From assembly GCF_009914755.1 (NCBI RefSeq), contig NC_060927.1: a stretch of 64,000 bases of DNA; one strand, given 5' to 3'. Below, piece after piece: positions 35,681 through 49,510 of the stretch (within the stretch, counting starts at the first letter, position 1; each line of letters starts with the position of its first letter). Under the pieces are notes generated by a model. It saw nothing but the letters and a program-made list of their open reading frames with translations. It was not told the origin of the DNA and ran no database searches. The translations under genes were made by a program, and so were the position numbers. Source of the stretch: the human T2T-CHM13v2.0 reference genome, Homo sapiens.

Positions 35681-37230
35681 TTTGAGAGGAAAAGCTGATA
35701 ATGTCACTTTTTAGTAATAAAATATATGTCTACTCCTAAAAGAGAGGGCATTTTGTGAGCTCACTCTGAGACTAAACAGAGACTAGTACATTACTAGACA
35801 CAGGGGGTTAATAAATGTCTTTCAGTAATAAAATTGGATTTCATATTAATTGAACTGAATCACATGACCCCTCAATTTACATATTTAAGTATTTTCACTC
35901 CTCATGTTGGTGGATGTTTATGATGATTTCAGCAACTATTTTCACAGAATAATTTTAGTTATCTAAATCTTAAATATAAAATGTTAGGTCACTGGAAAGT
36001 AGTGTAAATTGAGAGTTAAGCATACAATATCAGAGGATACTTATTTGGAGTTGCAATCCTGACCTCTTTCACAAAATTGCATGAATGGAAATGTATTCTA
36101 ATTTTTTATTCTCTAGGAAGCTCCACAGAATAGAACCTGCCATTAAATGATAGTCCGGAATATTATGATATGGGTGTTGATAAACTCTGTAAAAGTCAGT
36201 GGATGATGTTTAAGAAAAAATGGCAGGGACATAGGAAACTGAAACCAATGTGATATGGCTATTTTTTGAATACTAACCTTTTAAACTTTGAGTGTACTCA
36301 AGTAAAGAAGGGAAAATAAAATAAAATGTGGCTACCTCACTGCCTTAGAAAAGTTATAAATTCTTCATACCACGGAAGGAATCTTGTCCTATGCGGACAA
36401 TTTATTTCATGGATAAATAAATAAAATAATGTTTTAAAATGTAAAACAAATTTTTATGTTAGAGGATGGCATAGTGTCATCTTAATAATTTTATGTTTAA
36501 ATCTATGAAATTCAAAAAAAGTTGTCATCTGTCATTGAAATAGCAACCTCCTTCATATTCTAAAGGCAATCATATTCATATTGTATCATAATTTTACATT
36601 TTTAGTAGTAACTAAGATCTATTTATATGGTGACATGGTTTTCCCTACTTACAGTTCCTTTCCCTTCATTCATAACCTTTTTTTGTGTGTTTTATACAGT
36701 CTGTCTTTATACTTTATTCTGGTTGATATAAAAGACCAAAAGGTGTTCTAACATTCAACTTGCTCTGTGGGAGGTAGAAAATTCTTTTATTTTCTATCCA
36801 TTTGAGGAGTTTGACTCTATCCTAAGTCAGTAGAAGCTGAGAGTAAGGAACTGAGGAGGTGGAAATGATTACAGAATTACAGTCAGGGGCAAAGTGGTGA
36901 AAGATATTGTATGTGAATGAAGAATACCATATGGTATTGATTTCATTTGTATGTCATGACTGCTTATTTTTCTAATACCCTTCTCTCCACATGTTTTAAG
37001 ATATCTTTAAAAAATCTTCAAAATGTCTATATTTTCTGAATTTAGAATCCATAGAATCCTTGCTTGCTAATACTCTTCTAAAGTTTAGCTCTATACAATT
37101 GTTATTTTATGTCTCAAGTTCTGAATAACACTAGCATTATAAAACATCAGTATTATATGGTCCAGTAGCAATATTCATTTATTGTATTACAGGATTATGC
37201 ATAGTAACATAGTAACACTTGAACTTATTC

Positions 37231-37540
37231 TTTTTTTATTTTATTTAATTTTTTTGAGACAGGGTCTCACTCTGTTGCCCAGGCTGGAGTAGAGTGGCAT
37301 AATCAGGGCTCACAGCAACCTTGACGCCCTGAGCTCAAGTGATCCTTCTACTTCAGCTTCCCGGGTACCTGGGATTACTGGTATCTGCTACCACCCCTGG
37401 CTAAGTTTTTTCTATTTTTTTGTAGAGACAGGGTTTCACCATGTTGCCCATGTTGGTCTTGAGCTCCTAGGCTCAAGCAGTCCACCCACCTTGGCCTCCC
37501 AATGTGCTGGGATTACAGACTTGAGCTACTGCACCCAGCC
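37231..37540 (-). mobile_element. AluJ
   Basis: gagacagggtctcactctgttgcccaggctgg...gagctcaagtgatcc...ggctcaagcagtccacccacc; J-type diagnostics, diverged. Confidence 0.93.
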
Positions 37541-38589
37541 TCTTGGCTTTAGTTTAAACTGTATTTCTTGCGTTTTAAAATAATTTTAATTGATGGTATT
37601 TGCCCTCCATACTCCTTATTGCTTTTTCTATTTGCTATTTCCATAATTATTATTTTCTGTCTATTGTTCACTGTCTTCTTCAAAAGCTTCTATCCCAGCA
37701 CCAGTTATAAATATAAATATTATTTATATATTTTCTCTTTAATTCAAAAGAAAGATCTTAAAATGCAAAACCTGATATCTATAAAAAGGCAAAAAAAAAA
37801 AAAAGAAGAGGAAGAAAATAAAGGAGGAAGGAGGATATAAAATGAGGGAAGAAGAGAAAAGGAAGGGATAGATTATTAAATTAGAATAGGTTGTCACATA
37901 TAGTTTTATTATTCCTACACATGAGTCAAAAAGATCGATTTCTTATACAAAAATATGAAAGAGGCAATTTAGTCCACATTAAAAAATTGATTTTTTTCTA
38001 TATCAATTATCCAGGAGCATTTTAAAGAAATAACCATGTCATGCTGCTTTGATTAGTCTCTACAACATATTTAGAATTTTTTAAAATAAAGCAACTATTT
38101 TTTATGACATGAAGAAATGGAATTCTCACACCAGAAAGAAAGCAAGTGACTTTAGTACAGAGAACTTCCTCCATACATACAAATAGTTCAGATGACTCTT
38201 TGTGCACCTCTGTGTTTTTATGTCCAAAGTGACTAAGGGGAGTTTAAACTGGCTATCCCTTCATGTATTTCTGCCAAATAATAGTATGAGCTCATTCTGT
38301 GTGGGTTTTGAACCAGACTTACTTTTCTTTTCCTTGCTGATTTTCAAACTATTGAACATCTTTAGACCATTTTCTTCTACACTGGCAAACTGTTGAAATC
38401 TGTAACTAAGAGAACTCTTAGTCTCTGTTGTATCCCCAGCCCCCACTTCGCTACTCACTTGGTGTGGAAATTTAAAGGTCCTTGAATCTTTGGAACCAAC
38501 TGTGGTTTTCCCTCCAACTTTTATCACCAGCACTTTCACCAGACAGCATTTCAGCAACAAACTCCCCACTTCTTTTCTAGTCCAGTATG

Positions 38590-39270
38590 AACTGTATTTC
38601 AGCCTCGATTTCAGCCATTCTTACCCTCTACCATTTATTCCCAACGTAGACATGGTGATATTATTTGTTAAAATTAGTCAATTGTTGTTTCTCTCCACTT
38701 CCCTCCAATGGTTTTCCCATTTATTCAGAATTAAAGCCAAAATCCTTACAGGACTTTGACTACCATATACAATTTGACTTTTGAGACTCGTTACTCACCC
38801 CATCAGTCCTACCACTCGAGGCACACTAGACCCCTTGATGTTCCTCAAATATATCCTCACCTTTGGGATTTGCCCTGGCTGTTCACTAGGCCAGGAACAG
38901 TCTTTTCCAGGTGTCTGTATGACTAATATCCTCAGCTCCCTTAAATGTTTGATCAGATCAGTGGTGAGCTGACTTTTATTCAAAATATTCCATTCACATA
39001 TCCCTTCTTTATCTTCCCAGTGTATTTTTCATTTTTCATGTTAATTATTATATCATACAAACAATGTAATATGCATATTTATTATGTTCATGATAGTTTG
39101 TCTATTTCCTTTTCCTCTCTCCCTTTTCCTGTTTTCTGCTCACTGCATACTACAACATAAACTCCAAAAGGGAGAGGTTCTTTCTTCTACTTACTGATTA
39201 ATCCTAAGCACCTTGAAAAGATCATGGACCACAATTGCCATTCAATACATATTTAAGGAATTTATAAATG
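38590..39270 (+). mobile_element. L2 3' region
   Basis: ccctccaatggttttcccatttattcagaattaaagccaaaatccttaca...ataaactcc...cctaagcacc...ttcaatacatatt. Confidence 0.8.
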
Positions 39271-40399
39271 CAAGTATTTCCAGAGGTGTCATTAGGTTAA
39301 TAAGCATTTTATTTTGATGTTGGCCTTCTTTAGCCATGCAATTAAAAGATTGTTCATTTCATGGATTATTTTTCAATTTTATTTCTGATTATTTAAGACT
39401 GTGTTGGCATAGCAATTTTTATGTGATCCATGAATATCTCCTGCATTCGGAATTGTTCCTATTGTTAAGGAATTCTCCATAGATACTTGCAATACTTTCC
39501 ATATTCTCACAAGTTTTTTCTTTTTGTTTTTTAACCTCTTTCTATTAAAATCATCTTCCTATTCTGAATACATATTTCAGTCTTATAGTTTTATACTTTT
39601 CAACATGATGAGTTATTTATCATAGCAAATAAAAATTATCATTTAATGAAAAATGTAACGGCCAAGAAAAATATTATTTTGCATGGCAAATCATGCCATC
39701 TGTTAGCAAAATACAGAATTGACAAGCTTTCACTCTAGTTTTATTCTGTGAAGACTTGCACATTTAAAGTTTACAAATACAGGCACTTTTTTGCATCCAC
39801 CTGTAAGGTAGAAGAAGTTACATTGGATTGATATTTAGAAAATCTTAAATTAAAGTTGCTTAGTGTTACTATATTCTTATTATGTAATATGAATATGTCA
39901 TACCTCCAAAAGGTATTCTTTAATATCTCCTTTACCTCTAAAATTCAGTCATTCTATATTTGGGTTTCTTGATTGTAAGGGGAAAAAACCTATAATATGT
40001 TTTCTGAACTAGTGTGTGCCACCAATTTTAGTGTTGACCCCATTAACCCCTTGGCTGCTTCCACTTTCACATTATCGCTTTCCCATGTTTGACTCCAGTC
40101 TCCCGACTATGTGCGTTCAACCAGACTACTTGGCCCTATTTTATAATACAGAGAATAAAATTTTGTGTTAATCAACTTCCTTGAATGTTTTCCTTATTTT
40201 TCTAACATGTTATCGATGAAACACCAGCTTAAATATCATACCGAAGTAATTTTTATGGAAAGTTCTATTTCCTAGAGTAGGAGAAGTAAACAGAAAAGAA
40301 AAGGACTACATATTATGTGCAATGATCATAAATGGAGTCAATAGGTAAGCCTTCCCAGATGTGGCTATAAACGTCTCATCGTCATTGTCGTCATCATCA

Positions 40400-40665
40400 T
40401 CATCATTACTGTCCTTATCATTGCCAGTGCTTTCTGATTGCTTACTACATTCCAGGCACTGTTCTCAGTACCTTAAATTTAATAATGATTAGTTTCTACC
40501 ACGGTGGTACTGGGGAGTTAATATTTCAGTCCATTACACAAAAGATAAACCTGAGGCACAAAGAGATTAGGTAATTTTTGAAAACGTATATAGCTTGTAA
40601 ATAATAACACCAGAATTCTAACTGAAGTGTCTGGCTTGAAGCCCATGTTCTTAATTACTACGCCC
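40400..40665 (-). mobile_element. MIR SINE
   Basis: gcttactacattccaggcactgttct...aaacctgaggcacaaagagattaggtaa...aagcccatgttcttaattac. Confidence 0.85.
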
Positions 40666-41920
40666 ATTTTTATTTCATCTTAGAGCAGGAAATTTAAGTC
40701 ACCTCAAGACAAGATAATTAACTCTATTGAAATCATCATGAAAGACCAAAGTAGAAAGCATTAGATGATGCTATGAATATTCTGTGGCTACAGTAGAATT
40801 AATGTTAACAGTGGCTTTCAGAAAATTTGATTTTCTATTTTAACCATCTTAACAAACTTTCTCTAAAAGTATTAAAATAAAATTTTGAATAACAAGTTAT
40901 AGTTGAATGTGGCCCAACCTTCTAGAAACAAAGGAATGGGCTGTACAATGGCAGTAAAATTAATGATAGAAATCTCAGCTCTGATACATTACCAGACTCT
41001 CTGGCTTCTCCAGGCTGGCTTACCTAAGCTCAGTCTAGCCATCCATTCATAGCAAATTGTGAATAATGCTGAGAAAAGCCCTGTGGATTTGGATCTGTTT
41101 GGTCAGAACCGTGCTGTGGTTTGGCTAGCTTGAAAGCAAAGAGCAGAATTCTGTCTTCCAATACTTGTGAAGTGGATACTTGCCAACTATGAAGTTGGTC
41201 CTTCGAATTGGATATAATTCTTTGTAGATGAAGCACCTTTCATGGTTTCTTTGGTTAGGGATAAAGAAAAATGTCTCAGAATTGAAAACACACATTAACA
41301 TAGTTCTCTGTTATTCTCACATTTCAAAAATCAGACATAAAATTATCAAATTTAAAAGAACACTAATTTGACATTAAAACATAGATGAATATATGCATAA
41401 TGATATAAGTTATTACTTTTTGCTAGGTTTCAGGAAGTTTGATAAATTCCTATTCCTCATGTGCATTGACTATGGTATAGGTTTTCAAAGCTAGTTCTCT
41501 AAAACAAAAATGTTGAAAATAAAATCTAGCATAACCATGGAAACCAAGAAAGCCTAAAATTGTCTTGAATGTTTTCAAGAAGGAAACATAAACTTCTTTG
41601 TAGCCAGCATCCATAACTAGTTTTGGGGAAGCCTTAAGATTTTCAAGCGCAGAGTCTTGGCTAAAAGGATTGAGTTGCTAAACCTAATAAGGACCAAATA
41701 AATCAAAACCCATGAAATAAATTAATAAAAAAAGACGAAGTCTGAAGAAATACAAAGTTTAAAGGCTTAATTATTCAGCTGGTAGCATTATTCAACTGGT
41801 TAAGTGTGTGGAAAAAGTCAAGAGGCTAACCACATACAAATATTGTCTAAATGGTATATATATGGTTACCAGAATAGTAACAGTGCTAATGTTTGTTGGA
41901 TTAGGATCATCTCTCTCTCA

Positions 41921-42199
41921 TTTTATAATTTGAGACAAGGTCTCTGCTGCTCAGGCTGAAGTGCAGTGGCGCAATCACAGCTCACTGCAGCCTCAACATC
42001 CCAGGCTTCTACCTCCACCTCCCAAGTAGCTGGGACAGCAGGCATGCACCACCATACCTGGCTAATTTTTGTATTTTTTTGCAGAGACAGGGTCTGTTCA
42101 TGTTGCCCAGGTTGGTCTTGAACTCCTGGGCTCGAATGATCTGCCCACCTGGGCCTCCCAAAGTGCTTGGATTACAGACATGAGTCACTGTTCCAGGCC
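41921..42199 (-). mobile_element. AluJ with small internal deletions
   Basis: gcagtggcgcaatcacagctcactgcagcctc...ctcctgggctcgaatgatc; TSD gatcatctct on both sides. Confidence 0.93.
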
Positions 42200-42434
42200 T
42201 AGATCATCTCTTTTGGATTGTTTACCTTTTTTCCATGTACTTCCAAAGTTTGGTTTAATATGGTAAGTTTAACCATATAAGTGGAATAAAATGTAGCTGA
42301 CAGTTGTGATTTACGATAGCATCTAGAAATTATTGCTATTGAAAATTGACTCTTTAGAGTGTAATCATTAAACGCATAGTGATTGCCTGAATCATCTAAT
42401 GAGGTCTTGGTGATTTTTTAATGTTCTTTGCCAA

Positions 42435-43620
42435 TTAAGCAACCATTAAGTAATGGTTGAGTGTGCATTATATACTTGGCTTTGTGATAAGTTGTGTGAA
42501 ATATTTAAAAGAAGGATAAAATGGTATTAAGTCTCCCTTTTCAAAGAACAAACTGTAGAAGAGTACGAAAAAATCCTACACATGAAAAGTAGTACATAAC
42601 TGTGTATAAGTAAAGCTAAGTTGCATGATACAAACAGTTTGATTATATGACATTAATTAATACATGTAAAATAACACAAAGATAAGAGCAAAATAGTTTG
42701 AGAAGGGTTAGCAAGGTCAACTGGGACCATCAGAGATGAAAACATAACAAGAAATTAAAAAGGGAAGCTGGCTATAATAGTGTGTGGGTGGGTGGTAGAG
42801 GCAGGAGTGCAAGAAGAACATCAGGAACCCTGGCATAGGAAGCAGCTGATTATGCTGAAGTGACGGTTATGCTAAGAATTCTGCTTGCACAAGTTAGGTA
42901 GAAACAACTAAAAAGGGGACACATTATTTATGGACTACAGCCAAGGGAATTTTTTTTTTTTTTAGTTTTCCAATAATTTGCAACTACAGATTTTGAGTAG
43001 AGAAATGACATTCAACTCAGCAAACATTATAAATCCTCACCTGGGTTATAGTTGGTTATAGTCAGTATAAGTGGGGTGTTGAGATTTTGAAATAGTGGAA
43101 AGGTTTGTGTAAAGGAATCTGGGAATAACAATTTTAATGAAACTCGGTAATCTTTTGTAGATAACATTGAATTAACGAAGAAGATTCATACTGAATGCAT
43201 ATATAAAATGGATTAGATGACAAAGGCAATGGATTCAGGAAGATATTCAGTCTTTTCTTAGACTACCTTTCCATTATGATTGATCACTTCTTCCTAACTA
43301 CAGCATCTGGGAGGCAAACAGAGGAAGATTCTGAGAAGTGTTCTAGAAGTTGGACAGTAAAATGAGAGAGTGGTGTCTTAGAAGCCAGGATTAGGAAAGC
43401 TTTAAAGATGAAGAAAGTAGTGAAAGTATCAAATGTTGCACAGCAGATCAAGTAGGCTGAGTGAAGAAAAAGAGCCTTTGGATTTAGCAACTGGGAGATT
43501 ATTTTTGACAGTATCCAAATGGTTTCATTGAATTGGTAGGAGTTAGAGAATGAATGGGTATAAGAAAGTAGAAAGAGAAAGAATAGGATACTCTTTCCAC
43601 AAATATTTTCAAGACGAAAA
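42435..43620 (-). mobile_element. Highly diverged L2 remnants
   Basis: tcaaatgttgcacagcagatcaagtaggctgag...ttggatttagcaactgggag. Confidence 0.6.
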
Positions 43621-45249
43621 CTTAATTGTTACATCAGCATTTTGATACGGAGAAGGGGAATAGGAGAGAATATTGTTTTGTTTGCTTCGTTTAGGAAAGT
43701 TGTATCTTGAGCCTATTTAGAAACCTCTGGAAAAGAGATTAACAAATGTGAGAGACATCACCTTTTATGGTGTCTAACATGTGAGAAGTAGAGAGGGTAT
43801 GGGAGAGGGAAGGAATAATTCTGAGTTTTAGCCTCTCAAAGTCATGAGATGTTCTATTATTTCTGCCTTGCACTTTCAACTTCCTGCCATGTACCCACAC
43901 AGGCACACACGCTCACATCTAACAGTACTTTTACTAGCCTATCCCATATTGGGGCACCAGAGCACTAAGCGTAGCTAGATTAATCTACTTTACTGTTGTT
44001 ATTATTATTCTAATTCATTTATTTGATAGGCTTCAAATAGAAATATTTTTGGTTTCAGGCCAAACCTATGTTCCCTAGGTCAATAGTAATATGTCGAATT
44101 TCTAAACATTCAAGAAAAAAATGTTTTTAGTAAATAATTAAATACAAATTTAAAGAAGACCTTAAGAGATCTTTGGGCCCATTCCTTCTTTCTTCTCTTT
44201 TCACAATAAAATGCCACCCCCCACCCCCCACACACAAACATTCCATTTCATAATGCCATTCTCATATCCTGTGGTTTTTATTACTACAAGTTACAAATCT
44301 TGTGAATTAAAACTTGGAAGCAAACTAAATGCATCACCTCAGAATTAAGATTCTTATACCAAGTCAGGTCTCTGATGGAAAACTCACAGGGTGAGCTCCA
44401 CATGCCTTTAAACTCTCTGTTCTCTATAGAAAACAGTACAATTGTTAAAATGTTCACTGACTTCTCTCAGCAGAGTTTTTAATGAGCTGGTACCTGTATA
44501 GCCCTTTGAGCAGTTCAGGCCAGGGTTCTTTATATATAAAGCAGACATATAAAAGTAAAAGGCAAGTGAGTAAAAAGCATAATAGTCCATGTGAGTACTA
44601 ATTGTAAGGGATAGGAAAAAGATACAATATAATAGCTTTAAAGGAAAAATAGAAATTGAAGACCTTATCACAATTATCCTTATAATGCACAGAATAATGT
44701 CAGACTGCTTTGGAAAATTCATTAATTTTTTTTAAAGTTAGTATTGATACGAATTTTTGGGGTATATCTTCTCAATGATAAGTAGGTTAACTGAAAAGCA
44801 CTTTGATTTAGGAGATGAAGTCTAATTTAAATTATGTTAACCCCTTCCTTTCTTATTGTATACTTAGTTTTTACATTTTTTCATAGCCTGGGTCTTACAT
44901 CCTCCAAATACCTTACCTATTCACCTCTCCAAAAAACAGGGACACAGTCTGTTAAGTAAGTCTAACAGAATATAGATATTATATATACCATGCAATTTAA
45001 TAGATACTCTATATAGATGTCTATATAGATATTCATAATATATATTAATTAGAAGTAAACTCCTAAAGGTCAATAAACAAAGTGAATTCCCTGATAATTC
45101 ATCACCTCATGACTTGTCATCTGTTTAACTATAAGAGCTAGATAATTTAATTGGAATGCGGATGTTTTATGACAAATATATGAAGTATCAGCAATAGTAA
45201 AAAAGCAAATTTTAGTCTTCTGAAGCTGTCTTAGCCTGTATTTTTTTGA

Positions 45250-45478
45250 AGCACAGTGATTTGTTGCACAGTCTTTGAAGCCAAAATGCCTAGGTTCTTA
45301 TCCTGACTCTGCCATTTCCTAACTAGTTACTCCACCTTTCTGCTATTTGGTTTTCTTATCTGTATAATAGTGTTCATAGTGGTACTGCTATAAAGGTCTG
45401 TAATGAAGATTAAATAAAATGCTGGAGCGATACCTGGCAAACAGTAAGCATTTTACAAATGTTTGCAGTTATTATTTA
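45250..45478 (+). mobile_element. MIR SINE
   Basis: tgcctaggttcttatcctgactctgccatt...cttatctgtataatag...tgaagattaaataa...acctggcaaacagtaagc. Confidence 0.88.
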
Positions 45479-46919
45479 AGAAATTATTTTAAGGACAAAA
45501 AGTGTATACATATATGATGCCCCTCCCTATGTTATAAAATTAAATAAAATGCATTTCAGATTATGGATTACAAAGAGAAGAAATATAAAATGAAAGCATT
45601 TAACGTCAACACATTTCCCTTTGTTCTCCTAACTATGAAACTTGATAAAAGAGTGCTGACATTTTGAAGAAATGGACTTTTTGGTGAATATTACAATTTC
45701 TTTGTTCTTGCTTTTGACATTTACTATTTCAACCAACAATCTAAGTGAAACCATGCAAACTTTGGTGCCTAAAATAGGGACAAAAGGTGGTGGTGTGATT
45801 TGAGTAACAGAGGAGGATTTTAAAATTCTGCATTTTGTTTCCATATATATCATGTACTTAGCCTGGAAAGAAATAAATTATAATCATAATTGAGTCAAGA
45901 TATTTTCAGAATTTTGAGACATGCTCAAGTTTAACATTCTCTCCAGTGCTAGCCAAAGGACCCAATGGATTTAGAAGATTCATGGTCCAAGCCATCAACT
46001 GTCTCTTAAAATTCATGTTTATTATTCTGGCTTAGTGAATAGGGATTGTCTTTCTTCAGCAAATGCCAGCTCTGGAATTGTTTATTGAGTGTCTACATCA
46101 TTAAAACTTCCAAGGGACTCTTTGACCTCAAGCGTATGTTTCCTTGGCACAGACACTTGTATTTTCAACACTTCGGAGCTGGCAATATAACTTGGAATAT
46201 TTTGTATTTAATGTCTGAATAATATCCTGGGATTTGTTGTCCAATGTGAAATGGCCAAGAATATTGAAGAGTGGCTTTGAGGATGACACAAGTAGGTATG
46301 ATTTTGTTGAAAAGGTGAGAAAAGAGGGGCACAGAAAACAAAAACAAAATCCTTAAAGAAAATTAAATAACAAATAAAAGACATAGAGGTAGAAGTATAG
46401 AACCTATATAGTTTATCAAATCTTTGCACCTCAGTTTTCTATGGTCAGCACATTACTCCCTATGTATTTCCTGGTTTCACTTCTTTCAGGACTTTTGGTC
46501 ACATATATTTATAACCTCTGATAATAATATAATCAAAATGTAATGTAAACAATATTGCTGAAGGACTTAGTGCACTTAAAGATTATAATAATGTTTGTCT
46601 TTGATTTTTATTTATTAATTCCATGCATTTCAAGAAAACTCTGAAGTTGGGGAAGACGTTTTTTAGAGAAAGCTTAAAATGTGAGAGTTCATTCGCAGTT
46701 ACGCAATTCTGGTTTTTTTTTTTTGTAGATTTATTAAGATTTTCTACATACACAGTCATGGTTTATGAAATAAAGACAGTTTTAATTATTCCTTTCTGAT
46801 CTTATCTTTCTTCTTTAAATTGTGTGCATTTTGCCTCAGTTTTTTCCGTTTTTAGCTTGATATATTTATAAGTATTATTTTTTCTTATTATATTGATATT
46901 TTCATTATACCCGTTATAG

Positions 46920-47448
46920 TTTCTTTTCTTTTCAATTTTTATTTTAAGTTCAAGGATACATGTGCAGGTTTGTTACATAAGTAAACTTCTATCATGGGAG
47001 TTTGTTGAACAGATTATTTCATCACCCAGGTATTAACCCTAATATCCATTAGTTATTTTTTCTGATGCCCTCCCTCCTCCCACCTACCATGCTCCAGAAG
47101 GCCCCAGTGTGTGTGGTTCCTCACCATGTGTCCATACCTTCTCATCATTCAGCTCCCACTTATAAGTGAGAATATGCGGTGTTTGGTTTTCTGTTCCTGT
47201 GTTCGTTTGCTGAGGATAATGGCTTCCAGTTCCCTCCATGTCCCTGTAAAGGACATAATCTTGTTATTTTTTATGGCTGCATAATATTCCCTGGTATATA
47301 TGTACCACATCTTCTTTATCTGGTCTGTAATTAATGGGCATTTAGGTTGATTCCGGGTCTTTGCTATTGTGAATTGTGTTGCAGTGAACGTATGTGTGCA
47401 TGTGTCTTTATAATAATATTATTTGTATTCCTTTGGGTATATACCCAG
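46920..47448 (-). mobile_element. L1PA11-13-type 3' end, 5'-truncated, within older L1M debris
   Basis: cagattatttcatcacccaggtatta...ctcccacttataagtgagaatatgcggtgtttggttttctgttcctgtg...ctttgggtatatacccag. Confidence 0.9.
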
Positions 47449-49165
47449 ATATTATTATTTTCCTTGAATCCGTTTTGTGCAATAATAGAGTTATGCCAAT
47501 TATTTTATTTTACAATATGCATAGTAATCTTCTTTAATCTTTCCACTTTCAAATTATTTTTGTTTCTAAATTTAAAGTATCTATCATTTCTTACAGATAG
47601 CATATAATTGGATCTTGATTTTTAAATTTAATCTGACAAATTCTGCTATATGTTTGAAAAGTTTCATTCCCTCACATTTAATTTAAACAGTACATTTGGC
47701 TTTAGGTTTGCCATTTGCTATTTGTTTTCTGCTTCTCTCAATGATGTTTCGTTCTTCTGTTTTTCCTTTAATCTTTTGTTTTTGTTACACTGTTAGTTTA
47801 ACAAAATGATTAGTAAATATGTAATTTTCAATCCTCCATTGACCTTCTTGCATTATCTGTTCATATTTTCTCTAGTGATTTCAATGTTTATCTGTAACTT
47901 ATTACAATATACTTCAAGTGGGCACTAAATTACTTCTGGTTAAATATAGGAAATTTTCATAAGTCTATGTCCTCTGTAGGTTCCATGCTGTTGTTTCCAT
48001 ATGTATTATATCATATATTTTATAAAGCCAAATATACAGTCTTATGTTTACTTTAAAGTAGTCATGTGACTTTTAAACAATTTGAAAAGAGATATATTAG
48101 TGAATGGTAACAAAAAGTGAATAAAAGCAAAAATTATCACTTCCCCATTACACCTGTCATTCCAGCCTCTAAGTACTACATATTGTTGTTTAAAACTGTC
48201 AGCAGTAAAATAAAAAGAAATATTCTCTTGTTATCATGGCAGGTATATATTTTTTATAAAGTAAACTATTCTTTTAAGAATTTAAAATTTGATTTTTTTA
48301 GTGGGAATAACTTAGAAGTAAGTTAATTTTAATATTAATTTGATGCTGTATGTACACACACACATGAAGAATTAATGTTGTGTAATACTTTTCATTTGAC
48401 TAGGCATCTCAACATGCCCTTGTCCATTTGGTTATATTTGAGGTAGCTGCTATCATGGAATTTTTCACAGAAGTCAAATATGTTTTGAGAGGTCAATTTC
48501 ACTATCTCAAATCATATAGTCAAATTTCAAATTTTGTCAAATTTAGTTGCTATCTTCACCATAAAATAATCAGCACAAGGTCAAATTAATGTTTGCCCCT
48601 ATATAAAAGCTACTTTTCTATTTTCTAAAGTTTCTGATCAGTATTTTAGGTTTTGTTTCTTCTCATAGTGATGTTAGAGGTATGTGACTAACTTTTTTAT
48701 ATAAATTATGAGGATCACATGGGGGCAAATAAGATTTTTTTTTCAAACAAAGATCTTTAATAGTGTGGGAATCAATGCTAATGTGATACAAAGCAATCTA
48801 TACTGTATTAATCAAAGATCCAAAGCACCCTGATTATAAAGAGTGAAAGCTCATGCAAATAAATTATGAAAGAATACAAATGAAGACACACTTACATGAC
48901 TGCCTCATTTCCAGAGCCTGGTGACAGTCCTGCTGTTCTCAGCATGCTGCTTCATGATGACCTCATCAGTAACATAAGATGCATTCAGCTATCTGGCACC
49001 TAGATGGCAGCCTACAAAATCTAAACACAGTGATTTCAAATGGACCATAAAGCCTGGCTAAAATCTTACAAATTAGTAATAGAAATACCTGTTACATCAT
49101 GACATCATTTGGGTACACTCAGCAAATTATTCCCTGATGGAAATTATTTGAAAAAAATATATATG

Positions 49166-49510
49166 CAGTTATGCGTTACTTAACAACGGGAGTACATTCT
49201 AAGAAATGCATCCCTGGGTGATTTTGTCATTGTGCAAATATCATAGAATGTACTTACACAAACCTAGATAGTATAGCTTACCACATACTTTGGCTTTATG
49301 GTGTAGCCTTTTGCTCCTAGGCTACAAATCTGTACAGCATGTTATGGCACTGATTAGTGTTAAGGAAATAATAACACACTGGTATTGTGTATCTAAACAT
49401 ATCTAAACATAGAAAAGGTATAGTAAAAATATGGCATTATAATCTTATGGGTCCACTGTCATGCACGCTGTCCATCATTGACTGAAACATTGTTATGTGG
49501 TATGTGACTG
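49166..49510 (+). mobile_element. Tigger3a (MER7A/GOLEM_A)
   Basis: TIRs cagttatgcgttacttaacaacgg ... cattgttatgtggtatgtgactg; 345 bp. Confidence 0.92.

Noticed and set aside
40276-40344. Plus-strand 69-nt exon (cctag|...TAG|GTAAGC)
   Set aside because: Modest acceptor and no recognisable peptide; expected by chance in 64 kb.
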